Source: an uncultured Candidatus Actinomarina sp. (GTDB lineage Bacteria; Actinomycetota; Acidimicrobiia; Actinomarinales; Actinomarinaceae). From it: DNA of 64,000 nucleotides. A program made the position numbers and the translations under genes. This document shows positions 20,204 through 30,189 of this stretch, in pieces (position 1 is the stretch's first letter; every line of letters begins with the position of its first letter). The stretch spans positions 1,223 through 65,222 of the forward strand of contig CACHJT010000006.1 of NCBI GenBank assembly GCA_902580215.1, given 5' to 3'. Under the pieces are notes generated by a model, which was not told the DNA's origin, made no database searches, and saw only the letters and a list, made by a program, of their open reading frames with translations.

Positions 20204-21690
20204 TTGTTCAACGCATTCAAAAAGGATTCTACTGAACCCTGAACGACATCTGTAGAAACAGCTCTTCCTTGTTTCATTAGGTGTCCATCGTTAATTATTG
20301 TTACAATTTCAGCTGTTGCATCAGCACCTTTTGTAATACTCTCAACTCTATAATCAATTAATGTAGCGTCTGATTTGAGAATTGATTTAACTGCAGTAAA
20401 TGCGGCATGAATCATTCCATCTCCAGTTGCTTCTTCTGTTATTTCGTCATTTCCAACTTTTAGTGTAACGCTTGCAGACGCAAATTCATCTTTACTATTA
20501 ACTGAGACAGACACAAGTTTTGCACTATCGCTACTTGATTCTACCTGTCCTACAATTGCTCTAAGTTCGTTTTCTACAATTTCACCTTTTCTGTCTGCAA
20601 TCTTTTTAAAGGTATCAAAAGCATTGTTGAATGCATCATTGTCTAAAGAGATACTTAACTTATCAAGGGCATCTTTAAAGCCAGCCCTACCAGAATGCTT
20701 ACCAAGTATAATTTTTGCTTCTTGACCAACTGAGTCTGGTGACATTATTTCATAGGTAGTTGTGTTTCTTAAATATCCGTGTTGATGAATTCCTGATTCG
20801 TGGCTAAAAGCATTTTTACCGACGACGGCTTTATTATATTGAACAGGATATCCAGTTAGTTTTGAGACTAACCTTGAAGTTTCAAAAATTTCTTGTGTTT
20901 CAGCTTGGATTTCAACTCCGAACTGATCTTGACGAGTTTTTACTGCCATTATTATTTCTTCTGTTGATGTATTTCCTGCACGTTCCCCAATTCCGTTAAT
21001 TGCACCTTCAATTTGTCTAGCCCCAGCTGTTATAGCTGTAAGTGAGTTAGCTACAGCTAATCCAAGGTCATTGTGACAGTGTGTTGAAATAATGACATCT
21101 TCATTACCCCCTTTAACTTCGTCATAAACTGCCTTAAGAAGGTCTAAATAATCTTGAGGTGTTGCATAACCTACAGTATCAGGAACATTTATTGTTGTTG
21201 CGCCTTCTTCCACAGCAACTTTCAATACTTCTATTAAAAAATCTTTGTCAGTTCTGGTTGCATCTTGTGCGGAGAATTCTATATTATCACATAGTTTTTT
21301 TGCATATCTAACAGATTCTTTAGCGTCATTTAATACTTCTTCTTTAGATTTTCTGAGCATATGTTCCATATGTATTTGTGAAGTTGATGTAAAAACATGT
21401 ATACGTGAATCTTTTGCTACTTTTATTGCTTCCCAAGCTTGTTCAATATCATCTGGATGACATCTTGCAAGAGATGCTATTGTTGAATTCTTTATATTTT
21501 TTGCAATTAAATTAACACCTTCCCAATCTCCAGGAGATGAAGCTGCAAAACCTGCTTCAATTACATCTACTTTCAATTTTTCAAGCTGTTGAGCAATTAA
21601 TAACTTTTCTGATGGGGTAAGAGCAATACCTGGACTTTGTTCTCCATCTCTGAGAGTTGTATCAAATATGACTAATTTATCATCGCTCAT
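20200..21690 (-). CDS. leuA: 2-isopropylmalate synthase
   Basis: DTTLRDGEQSPG, HCHNDLG, GIGERAGN, HESGIHQHG, LGKHSGR. Confidence 0.95.
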   Translation of the reverse strand: MSDDKLVIFDTTLRDGEQSPGIALTPSEKLLIAQQLEKLKVDVIEAGFAASSPGDWEGVNLIAKNIKNSTIASLARCHPDDIEQAWEAIKVAKDSRIHVFTSTSQIHMEHMLRKSKEEVLNDAKESVRYAKKLCDNIEFSAQDATRTDKDFLIEVLKVAVEEGATTINVPDTVGYATPQDYLDLLKAVYDEVKGGNEDVIISTHCHNDLGLAVANSLTAITAGARQIEGAINGIGERAGNTSTEEIIMAVKTRQDQFGVEIQAETQEIFETSRLVSKLTGYPVQYNKAVVGKNAFSHESGIHQHGYLRNTTTYEIMSPDSVGQEAKIILGKHSGRAGFKDALDKLSISLDNDAFNNAFDTFKKIADRKGEIVENELRAIVGQVESSSDSAKLVSVSVNSKDEFASASVTLKVGNDEITEEATGDGMIHAAFTAVKSILKSDATLIDYRVESITKGADATAEIVTIINDGHLMKQGRAVSTDVVQGSVESFLNALNK

Positions 21691-22703
21691 TTATCTTTTT
21701 TTACATCCTTAGCATTTAGAAATGGCATCATCTCTCTTAAGCCTTTACCAACTTCTTCAAGTTGGTGTTTGGAAGCTTCTGCTCTTTTCTCATTAAGGAA
21801 AGGAGAACCCTCCCTTGCCTGCGACATCCATTCTTTAGCAAATGCTCCTGATTGAATCTCTTCGAGTACTTTTTTCATCTCTTTTTTTGTTTCAGAAGTT
21901 ATTATTCTCGAACCTCTTGAAAAGTCTCCATACTCCGCAGTATCAGAAATAGAATGTCTCATCCATTCAAATCCACCTTCGTACATTAAATCTACAATCA
22001 ATTTAACTTCATGAAGTGTTTCAAAGTAAGCACTTTCTGGCTGGTAACCAGCCTCTATTAAAGTTTCAAATCCATTTCTAATAAGCTCTGTTAACCCTCC
22101 ACACAAAACAACTTGCTCACCAAATAAATCAGTTTCAGTTTCTTCTTTAAAAGTAGTTCTTAAAATTCCAGCCCTTCCACCACCAATTGCTGATGCATAA
22201 GACATAGCTAAATTTTCAGTAGTTCCTGAAGCATCTTTATGCACAGCAACAAGACAGGGCATACCGCTTCCTTCAGAGTAAGTTCTTCTTAAAAGATGTC
22301 CAGGTCCCTTTGGAGCAACCATTGCAACAGATAAATCTTCTCTTGGTACAATTTCATTAAAATGGATATTAAAGCCATGAGCAAATAAAAGAGTTGCACC
22401 TTCTTTAATATGAGATGCGATTTGATCATTATAGACATCTGCCATAATTTGGTCTGGCAACAACAACATGACTACATCAGCATACTTGGTTGCATCTTCA
22501 AGATTTGCTACCTGGAGACCCATATCTTGAGCTCTTTTAAACGATTCTGAATCTTCTCTAAGGCCAACAGTAATGTCAACACCAGATTCATGTAGATTAA
22601 GAGAGTGAGCGTGTCCTTGGCTGCCAAAACCAATTACTGCTACTTTCATAGACTTTATCAATCCTTGATCTATTGATGAGTCATAAATTATTTTATTTTC
22701 CAT
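21687..22703 (-). CDS. ilvC: Ketol-acid reductoisomerase
   Basis: GFGSQGHAH, VAPKGPGH, ETETDLFGEQ, SDTAEYG; AAGGAG SD upstream. Confidence 0.97.
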   Translation of the reverse strand: MENKIIYDSSIDQGLIKSMKVAVIGFGSQGHAHSLNLHESGVDITVGLREDSESFKRAQDMGLQVANLEDATKYADVVMLLLPDQIMADVYNDQIASHIKEGATLLFAHGFNIHFNEIVPREDLSVAMVAPKGPGHLLRRTYSEGSGMPCLVAVHKDASGTTENLAMSYASAIGGGRAGILRTTFKEETETDLFGEQVVLCGGLTELIRNGFETLIEAGYQPESAYFETLHEVKLIVDLMYEGGFEWMRHSISDTAEYGDFSRGSRIITSETKKEMKKVLEEIQSGAFAKEWMSQAREGSPFLNEKRAEASKHQLEEVGKGLREMMPFLNAKDVKKDK

Positions 22704-22714
22704 ATCTTGTCTCC

Positions 22715-23188
22715 TTATAGATTAGATTGTAATGCTATTCTTCCACCTCTGACCATTTCAATTATTCCAAATGGTTTCATTAAAGCTTCAAATTTATCCA
22801 ATTCTTTTGATGAACCTGTTAATTCAAAGATAGCGAAATCTTGCCCTACATCTACTGAAGTTGCATTTGATAGTGACGCTTTCTCAATCACAGATGTTTG
22901 AGATTCTTTATTTATCGAAACCTTTAATAATAGAACTTCAGTTTCTATTGTCATGTTTGGATCAAGTTCAACTATTTTTATAACATTTACTAATTTGTTT
23001 AATTGCTTTTTTACTTGTTCAACAGCATCTAATTCAGTAACTATTGTCATTTTTGATCTACCTTCAATATTTGTTGGTCCAACAGATAGAGAATTTATAT
23101 TGAAGCCTCTTCTTGATATAGTGGATGATACTCTAGCTAAAACACCGGGTTTATCTTCTACTAATACTGACAGAATTCTCTCACTCAT
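22715..23188 (-). CDS. ilvN: Acetolactate synthase small subunit
   Basis: ACT domain VEDKPGVLARV, RRGFNINSL, KQLNKLVNV. Confidence 0.95.
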   Translation of the reverse strand: MSERILSVLVEDKPGVLARVSSTISRRGFNINSLSVGPTNIEGRSKMTIVTELDAVEQVKKQLNKLVNVIKIVELDPNMTIETEVLLLKVSINKESQTSVIEKASLSNATSVDVGQDFAIFELTGSSKELDKFEALMKPFGIIEMVRGGRIALQSNL

Positions 23189-24897
23189 AGGTTTTTAAGA
23201 TCCTCTTCATTCATAATGATTTGATCGTTGCTTCCACCAGCAGGCACCATAGGAAATACCATATCATCTGGATCTACAACACAATCAACTAAAACTGGTC
23301 TATCATTGATTTCTAACATTTTGTTAAAAACTTTTTCTATATCAGACTTTTCCATCATTCTTAAGCCAACTGCACCCATAGATTCGGCTAGTTTAAGATA
23401 ATCTGGTGTGTCATGAGTTAGTTCAGAAGCAGAAAACTTACTATTGTAGAAAATCTTTTGCCACTGACGAACCATACCATGGTTCCCATTGTTAAAGACA
23501 ACAATTTTAATAGGTATATTTTCTGTTGAGGCAGTGATTAATTCTTGACATGTCATCTGAAAACATCCATCCCCATCTAATGCTAAAACTAGTTTGTCAG
23601 GATAAGCTGTTTTTGCACCGATAGCAGCTGGTAATGCGTAACCCATAGTACCTAGTCCTCCTGAATTTAACCAGGTATTTGGTTCAGTAAAGTTCCAATG
23701 CTGGGATACCCACATTTGATGTTGACCTACACCAGCAACAACAATTGCTTCTTCTTTTGTTAACTTTTGAAGTTCTTCTAAAACATATGGAACCTTAAGA
23801 GGGCCCTTGTCTTCTTGCTTATAAGACAAAGGAAATTCAGTTTTCATTTCTTTTAGTTCTGAAACCCAATTTTCAGTTTCTAGTTTTTCATCCCCCAAAG
23901 CTTCAATAAGTCCTTTAATTACACTTTTTGCATCACCTACAATAGGAACTTGTGCATCACGTACTTTTCCAATTTCCGCTGGATCAATATCAGCATGAAT
24001 AACTTTTGCATTCTGAGCAAAAAATGACGGATTTGCAGTAACTCTATCATCAAACCTTACGCCTATTGCAATTAACAGGTCAGCGTTTTGAATTGAAGTG
24101 GTAGCTGTATAATTGCCGTGCATACCTGGCATTTCAAGACACAATTCATGACCATCAGGGAAAGCACCTCTTCCCATAAGTGTTGTAACAACTGGAATAT
24201 TAAATTTAGTAGCTAGTACAAAGAGTTCATTATTAGCTTTCGAATGAATAATTCCTCCACCAACATAAAGAATTGGCTTCTTTGACTTTTTGATTAAAGA
24301 AGAAGCTTGCTGAACCATTTTTGGATTTGGCTCTGTTGTAGGCTTGTATCCTGGTAAGTCAAGATCGCCTGGCTCAACCCAAGCAGCTACTTGGTTTAGT
24401 ATATCCTTTGGTATATCAACCAAAACTGGACCTGGTCTACCAGTAGTAGCAATAAATTTTGCTTCCTTTAAAACTTGAGGAATTTCTGAAGCATCTGTGA
24501 TTAAGTAATTGTGTTTAGTAGCTGCCATCGAAAGTCCTACAGTATAAGCTTCCTGAAACGCATCATTACCTATTGCAGTAGAGGCAACTTGACCAGTAAT
24601 AGCTAGAAGAGGAGTAGAGTCCATCAACGCATTAGCTAGCGGGGTTATCAAGTTTGTTGCTCCAGGTCCAGAAGTAGCTATTACAACACCAAGTTCTCCA
24701 GTAGCTTGAGCATAACCCTCTGCCATGTGCCCAGCACCTTGTTCATGTCTAGCTAATATATGCCTAATAGGACTATCGTATAAAGGATCATACGCAGGTA
24801 AAATTGCACCACCTGGCACTCCAAAAACAGTTGAAACATTGAGGTATTCAAGGCCTCTTATTACGAGCTCTGCACCAGTTAATTGTTCTTTTGTCAT
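23185..24897 (-). CDS. ilvB: Acetolactate synthase large subunit
   Basis: FGVPGGAILP, RHEQGAGH, TSGPGATN, GVGQHQMW, DGDGCFQM. Confidence 0.97.
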   Translation of the reverse strand: MTKEQLTGAELVIRGLEYLNVSTVFGVPGGAILPAYDPLYDSPIRHILARHEQGAGHMAEGYAQATGELGVVIATSGPGATNLITPLANALMDSTPLLAITGQVASTAIGNDAFQEAYTVGLSMAATKHNYLITDASEIPQVLKEAKFIATTGRPGPVLVDIPKDILNQVAAWVEPGDLDLPGYKPTTEPNPKMVQQASSLIKKSKKPILYVGGGIIHSKANNELFVLATKFNIPVVTTLMGRGAFPDGHELCLEMPGMHGNYTATTSIQNADLLIAIGVRFDDRVTANPSFFAQNAKVIHADIDPAEIGKVRDAQVPIVGDAKSVIKGLIEALGDEKLETENWVSELKEMKTEFPLSYKQEDKGPLKVPYVLEELQKLTKEEAIVVAGVGQHQMWVSQHWNFTEPNTWLNSGGLGTMGYALPAAIGAKTAYPDKLVLALDGDGCFQMTCQELITASTENIPIKIVVFNNGNHGMVRQWQKIFYNSKFSASELTHDTPDYLKLAESMGAVGLRMMEKSDIEKVFNKMLEINDRPVLVDCVVDPDDMVFPMVPAGGSNDQIIMNEEDLKNL

Positions 24898-24916
24898 TTT
24901 TCTGTTTTATATCTCC

Positions 24917-24943
24917 AAAAAAAAGCCCCCCTTTTTGGGAGGC
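24917..24943 (-). terminator. Attenuator terminator of the ilv-leu leader
   Basis: Minus strand GCCTCCC-AAAAA-GGGGGGC followed by T8, 20 nt before the ilvB ATG. Confidence 0.85.
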
Positions 24944-24965
24944 GCTCATCAAAGCAAAATGAGCG

Positions 24966-25016
24966 CTAATTAAGTAAAAGCACTAATTCTGAAATGACTA
25001 CAATTAAATTTTTCAT
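24966..25016 (-). CDS. ilvB operon leader peptide MKNLIVVISELVLLLN
   Basis: Translated by hand; 10 of 16 codons are Leu/Ile/Val; followed by two hairpins. Confidence 0.85.
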   Translation of the reverse strand: MKNLIVVISELVLLLN

Positions 25017-25046
25017 TTAGAATAACTATAGTAAAACCTTAAAAAA

Positions 25047-26156
25047 ATGAAAGATATAAATGTTATAAATTTTTTTGAAGAAAATAATATAAATTTTTCT
25101 TCAAATTTTAATTTAGGAGTCACTAATTTACCTTCAAAATTAGATTTTGGAAAAGAAATTAACAATATAAAAAATAATCAACTTCATGCAAATATGAAGT
25201 TTACTTTTTCAAATCCCGAATATTCAGGATTGGGTGATAAATTTGACTGGGCAAAATCTGCAATTTTGATTACTTACAACTACAAAAACAAAACACAACC
25301 ATCCATGCTAACCTCTCCCGGCTATGGTTTAATTGCTAGGTTTGCAGAAAAAGATTATTACTTACCTTTAAAAAACAAAATCAACGAAATTGAACATGTT
25401 TTTGAAAAATTAAATATTAAATTTAAATCATTTATTGATAATCCTAATCATTACGACAGAACTTTTTTTGTATCATCTGGCTTGGGGTGGCAAGGCAAAA
25501 GCACAATGATGTTAACACCAGGCTCAGGACCTTGGCAATTATTAGCTACTATTTATGTAGACCATACATTTGAAGAAAGCAAAAATACAAACTATTCCTG
25601 TGGTGAGTGCAATTTATGTCAGATATCATGTCCAACTGGAGCATTAAATAGTGAATACAAACTTGATTCAAACAAGTGTATATCTTACTGGCTTCAGTCA
25701 CCAGAATTGATTCCATATAAAATGCGCGATGCAATAGGAAATAAGTTTTATGGATGTGACGACTGCCTTACCTCTTGTCCGCCTGGGCAAGAAAATAATA
25801 ATGTAGTTATATTTAATAAAAACCAACAAGTTAACCTTGAAGCAATTATTAAAGAAGATAACGAGAAACTAAATGAAATGTTCTATTGGTTTTATATCCC
25901 AAAAAGAAATGCCGAATATCTTAAAAGAAACGCCATTATTGCACTTGGTAACAATCCTGATCAAAATACTTCGAGTTTTTTAGAAAAGATTTATCCAAAA
26001 AGTTCATCACACTTAAAAATATATATCATATGGGCGCTCTTTAAAATTGGTAATAATGATGTATGTCAAAACTTGATTTATTCTTATGACTCAGAAGAAA
26101 ACAGTATTAAAGAAGAATATGAAAAATTAAAAAAAATGATTTCATTAGCTAAATAA
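25047..26156 (+). CDS. queG: Epoxyqueuosine reductase
   Basis: [51 protein letters not shown]-like tail. Confidence 0.85.
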   Translation: MKDINVINFFEENNINFSSNFNLGVTNLPSKLDFGKEINNIKNNQLHANMKFTFSNPEYSGLGDKFDWAKSAILITYNYKNKTQPSMLTSPGYGLIARFAEKDYYLPLKNKINEIEHVFEKLNIKFKSFIDNPNHYDRTFFVSSGLGWQGKSTMMLTPGSGPWQLLATIYVDHTFEESKNTNYSCGECNLCQISCPTGALNSEYKLDSNKCISYWLQSPELIPYKMRDAIGNKFYGCDDCLTSCPPGQENNNVVIFNKNQQVNLEAIIKEDNEKLNEMFYWFYIPKRNAEYLKRNAIIALGNNPDQNTSSFLEKIYPKSSSHLKIYIIWALFKIGNNDVCQNLIYSYDSEENSIKEEYEKLKKMISLAK

Positions 26157-26170
26157 TCTATTCTTATTCT

Positions 26171-27832
26171 ATGGCAAAAATATCTGATGACGTAACACAA
26201 GGTGTAAGTAAATCAGCTGCTCGTGCAATGCTTCGTGCGGTAGGTTTAAAGGATGATGATTTTAATAAATTTCAAGTAGGAATAGTCTCTGCAGGTAATG
26301 AAGTAACACCCTGTAATTTAACTGGACCAGAGTTATCTGAACATGCAAAAGTCGGTGTTAACGGTCCCGATTCTGCTGGATTAATTTTTTCAACTATTGC
26401 AGTTTCGGATGGAATATCTATGGGGCACGAGGGCATGAGAGCATCTCTTGTCTCGAGAGAAGTTATTGCGGATTCAGTAGAGCTTGTAATGCATGCAGAA
26501 CGTTTTGATGGGATGGTAACAATAGCTGGTTGTGATAAGTCTTTACCTGGAATGCTGATGGCAGCTGGAAGAATAAATAGACCTGCAATATTTCTATATG
26601 GTGGAAGTAGCTTACCGGGCGTCTATAAAGGAAAAGATATATCAATTGTTGATGTTTTCGAAGGTATTGGGGCATATGAAAAAGGAATGATTACAAAAGA
26701 AGATTTATATGAAATAGAGTGTGCTGCATGTCCTGGTGTTGGATCATGTGCCGGGATGTTCACCGCTAACACAATGGCATCCGTTGGTGAGGCGATTGGA
26801 ATGAGCTTACCTGGTACTGCTTCAATACCAGCCGAGGACAGCAGGCTTCGAGTTGCAGCTGAAGAATCAGGAAAACAACTAAATTATTTACTAAAAAATG
26901 ACATCAAACCAAGAGACATTATGACAAAAGAGGCTTTCATCAATGCAATTACTACTGTATTAGCTTTAGGAGGAAGCACAAATGCTGTTCTTCATCTGCT
27001 TGCTATTGCACATGAATCAAAAATGTCACTAAGTTTGGAGACATTTGACGAACTAAGTAGAAATGTACCTCATCTTGCTGATATGAAACCGTTTGGGAAA
27101 TTTCATATGGTTGACTTAGATAAAATCGGTGGAGTACCTGTTGTTTCAAAAATTTTATTAGAAAACGAACTTATAAATCCAGAATGCATGACTGTTACTG
27201 GTAAAACTGTTGGTGAAAATTTAGAAAATGTTGAAATTCCAAAAAATCAAGATGTAATAAGTTTTCCGGATAATCCTATTTCTAATGAAGGAGGAATAGC
27301 AGTTTTAAAAGGGAGTCTTTCCACAAAAGGCTCAGTCGTAAAGACTGCTGGAATAGAAATAAATAATTTCACGGGTCCTGCAAATGTATTTGACAGTGAA
27401 CAAGACGCTCTGGATGCACTTTTTAATGGTGATATAGAAAAAGGACAAGTTGTTGTTATACGTAATGAGGGTCCTAAAGGAGGTCCTGGCATGAGGGAGA
27501 TGCTACAAATAACAGCTGCTATAAAAGGTGCCGGTCTAGGCAAGGACGTATTGTTAATTACAGATGGAAGGTTTTCAGGGGGAACAACAGGTTTGTGTAT
27601 TGGACATGTCGCTCCAGAGAGTTTTGATAGAGGCCCAATATCAATTTGTGAAGATGGAGATATTATTAGCCTTGATATTTCCAACAGAACCCTAAACCTT
27701 GACATAAGTGAAGAAGAAATGAATAAACGCTTTGGTTTATTAACCCTTCCTGAACCTCGGTATAAATCAGGAGTACTTCATAAATACTCTAAGCTAGTCA
27801 GTGGTTCAGACGCTGGAGCAGTTACAAATTAG
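26171..27832 (+). CDS. ilvD: Dihydroxy-acid dehydratase
   Basis: [43 protein letters not shown]. Confidence 0.97.
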   Translation: MAKISDDVTQGVSKSAARAMLRAVGLKDDDFNKFQVGIVSAGNEVTPCNLTGPELSEHAKVGVNGPDSAGLIFSTIAVSDGISMGHEGMRASLVSREVIADSVELVMHAERFDGMVTIAGCDKSLPGMLMAAGRINRPAIFLYGGSSLPGVYKGKDISIVDVFEGIGAYEKGMITKEDLYEIECAACPGVGSCAGMFTANTMASVGEAIGMSLPGTASIPAEDSRLRVAAEESGKQLNYLLKNDIKPRDIMTKEAFINAITTVLALGGSTNAVLHLLAIAHESKMSLSLETFDELSRNVPHLADMKPFGKFHMVDLDKIGGVPVVSKILLENELINPECMTVTGKTVGENLENVEIPKNQDVISFPDNPISNEGGIAVLKGSLSTKGSVVKTAGIEINNFTGPANVFDSEQDALDALFNGDIEKGQVVVIRNEGPKGGPGMREMLQITAAIKGAGLGKDVLLITDGRFSGGTTGLCIGHVAPESFDRGPISICEDGDIISLDISNRTLNLDISEEEMNKRFGLLTLPEPRYKSGVLHKYSKLVSGSDAGAVTN

Positions 27833-27837
27833 ATGAA

Positions 27838-28608
27838 ATGATATTCATATCGGATGTCCACTATCAGATAGAGTATCTTAATTCTTTACCAGAGAATAAG
27901 GGACCTATTGTCATATTAGGGGATTTAATCAACTGGATTGATTACAGAGATGGTCAAGGAATTGCTATGGATGTTTTTGGAAAAGATAATGTTAAAAAAT
28001 TGATCAATTTAAGAAAAGAACACAAATTTGATGAAAGAAAATCACTATGGAGAGAATTGTATAAAACTGATCCGGATAAAGTAGCAAAAAGAATGCAGAG
28101 TGCAATATATAAACAATACGAGGATGTATTTGATGTACTTAAAAAATATGAAGTTTGGTTTATTCCTGGAAATGTAGACGATGTCGATATTATGAATACT
28201 TACTTAAGTAGTTCGGTGAAGAACGTAGATGGTTTAATAGTTGAATATGATAATAAAAAAATTGGATTTGCTGGTGGTGGAGTCCCAACACCTATAAACG
28301 CAAGAGGAGAAATTGACGAAGACACGTTTTCAAAAAAACTGTCAAAGTTAAAAGATTCAAATATAATCTGCACGCATGCGCCTCCACTAGTTCGTGAGCT
28401 TGTAACTGACGTTGTTACAAATAAAATCGAACAAGGATGGACTAGTTTAAAAGATTTTATTGAGATATATCAACCAGAATATTCATTATTTGGAGATGTA
28501 CATCAACCCCAAGCTTCATATTGGAGTTTAAATTCTACTCGTTGCATCAATGTAGGTTATTTTCGAGCAACTAATCAGTATTTAGAATTATCATCAATTT
28601 ATATATGA
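27838..28608 (+). CDS. Metallophosphoesterase (calcineurin-like, Icc-related)
   Basis: SDVH, LGDL, PGNVD, THAPP; last motif is GDVH instead of GHxH. Confidence 0.8.
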   Translation: MIFISDVHYQIEYLNSLPENKGPIVILGDLINWIDYRDGQGIAMDVFGKDNVKKLINLRKEHKFDERKSLWRELYKTDPDKVAKRMQSAIYKQYEDVFDVLKKYEVWFIPGNVDDVDIMNTYLSSSVKNVDGLIVEYDNKKIGFAGGGVPTPINARGEIDEDTFSKKLSKLKDSNIICTHAPPLVRELVTDVVTNKIEQGWTSLKDFIEIYQPEYSLFGDVHQPQASYWSLNSTRCINVGYFRATNQYLELSSIYI

Positions 28609-29519
28609 ATTGTTTATCTTTTGATGTGGGTGGTACAACTGTAAAATACGGTGTCATAGATGAGTCATATAAAATTTTAAAGAAAGATAAGATACCAACC
28701 CCAGAGAATGAAAATGATTTTATATATTCTTTATCTAATATTATTCAAGAAAATCTTTCCATTATTTCCAAAGTTTCAGTAGCAATGCCAGGATATGTAA
28801 ATTCAGCTAACAATAAATACTTATATGGTCCACATTTAAAATATGATATTGATTTTTCAAAGTTATTAAATTTTACAGACTACAAATTTCATCTAGACAA
28901 TGATGGAAATGTGGCTGCTTATTGTGAGTATTTTTTAAATTACAAAACCAAATATTCAAATTTAATAATGCTTACCTTTGGCACTGGAGTTGGTGGTGGA
29001 ATAATATCTGAAGGTAGGTTATTAAGAGGAAGAGGAAACGCTGGAGAGATAGGACATATGCTTACATCAAATGACAGAGAAATTGAGGGAGATAGTGGAA
29101 AAAAAGGTAGTTTCGAGTCATCAGTTGCTGCATCTGTATGGACAAAAAAGTGTGAGGAGCTAACTCAGGAAAATCAAGATTCAGAACTTGCAAAAATATT
29201 TGCTACTAAAAATGTTGGTTCAGTACTATTTGACAATACACTTAACTTAACAAATTCTGAACAAGCTGCTCGAGATGAAATAATTCAAAATATATCAAAT
29301 GGATTGTTAAGTTTATTTGAAATATTTGATAATGAAGCCTTTATTCTTGGCGGAACTATGTCGTCTGAACCTTTTGATTTAATTGAGCTTTTAGAGGGTG
29401 ATATAAAGAGCAGATATAAATTTCCATCTAGAAATTTTCCTGAAATATTTATTGCTTCGCAAGGAGAAGATTCTGGCATAATTGGTGCTGCAGCACTTGC
29501 ATTTAATGAAGAAAATTAA
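28605..29519 (+). CDS. ROK family sugar kinase (glucokinase-like)
   Basis: FDVGGT, DNDGNVAA, FGTGVGGG, AGEIGH, GIIGAA. Confidence 0.88.
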   Translation: MNCLSFDVGGTTVKYGVIDESYKILKKDKIPTPENENDFIYSLSNIIQENLSIISKVSVAMPGYVNSANNKYLYGPHLKYDIDFSKLLNFTDYKFHLDNDGNVAAYCEYFLNYKTKYSNLIMLTFGTGVGGGIISEGRLLRGRGNAGEIGHMLTSNDREIEGDSGKKGSFESSVAASVWTKKCEELTQENQDSELAKIFATKNVGSVLFDNTLNLTNSEQAARDEIIQNISNGLLSLFEIFDNEAFILGGTMSSEPFDLIELLEGDIKSRYKFPSRNFPEIFIASQGEDSGIIGAAALAFNEEN

Positions 29520-30189
29520 CTCTGTTTTACTTCCTGGAGAATTTTTTAAAACTAGTTTTTTAGAAAAAATAGAAAAGTTAAAGTCCATAGAAGTCGATAC
29601 GTTATATTTATTTGATCATGGAAAAAATCCTGCTGGAAACGATTTAGATGTTTACAAATTAATTGATGGAATTTACAAATTATATGATGTTATTAATGAT
29701 CAAATTAGCTTGGGCGTATGTGTTTTAAACATTAATGCGAGACCATTTCAGGAATTGTTTGACAAATATATACACAAATTACTTGAAATTAAAAATCTTA
29801 AATTGGGTATTGGTACAGGCGATGATAAATTTGAAAAAAGACCTAACTTCTCAAATGATATTGAAAAAATTATAGATGAAATTCTAGATTCAAATAAGTT
29901 TAGACAAAACAATATCAGTCTATTTATTGGAGGAGACTCAGAAAAAAAACTTAAATTAATTAAAAAATATTCAATTGGAATTAACCAATGGATGGGCACT
30001 AAAAAATCATTTGAAGAAAAAGAATCAATATTTACTCAAATTGAGAATCCGAAAGGAAATTTGAGTTTATGTCAAAGAGCTGATAAGCCAAGTTTTTTTA
30101 ATAGTGAATTAAACTACGAATACATATATGTATTAAAAGATTCAAATCGAGAGATTTTTTTTGAAACTATAGATAATATTTTTAGATGA
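29506..30189 (+). CDS. Shortened luciferase-like (LLM) monooxygenase/oxidoreductase homolog
   Basis: LYLFDH, LGVCVLNINARP, LGIGTGD, FIGG map onto LLM barrel motifs; only about 227 aa. Start set at ATG 29506. Confidence 0.6.
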   Translation: MKKINSVLLPGEFFKTSFLEKIEKLKSIEVDTLYLFDHGKNPAGNDLDVYKLIDGIYKLYDVINDQISLGVCVLNINARPFQELFDKYIHKLLEIKNLKLGIGTGDDKFEKRPNFSNDIEKIIDEILDSNKFRQNNISLFIGGDSEKKLKLIKKYSIGINQWMGTKKSFEEKESIFTQIENPKGNLSLCQRADKPSFFNSELNYEYIYVLKDSNREIFFETIDNIFR

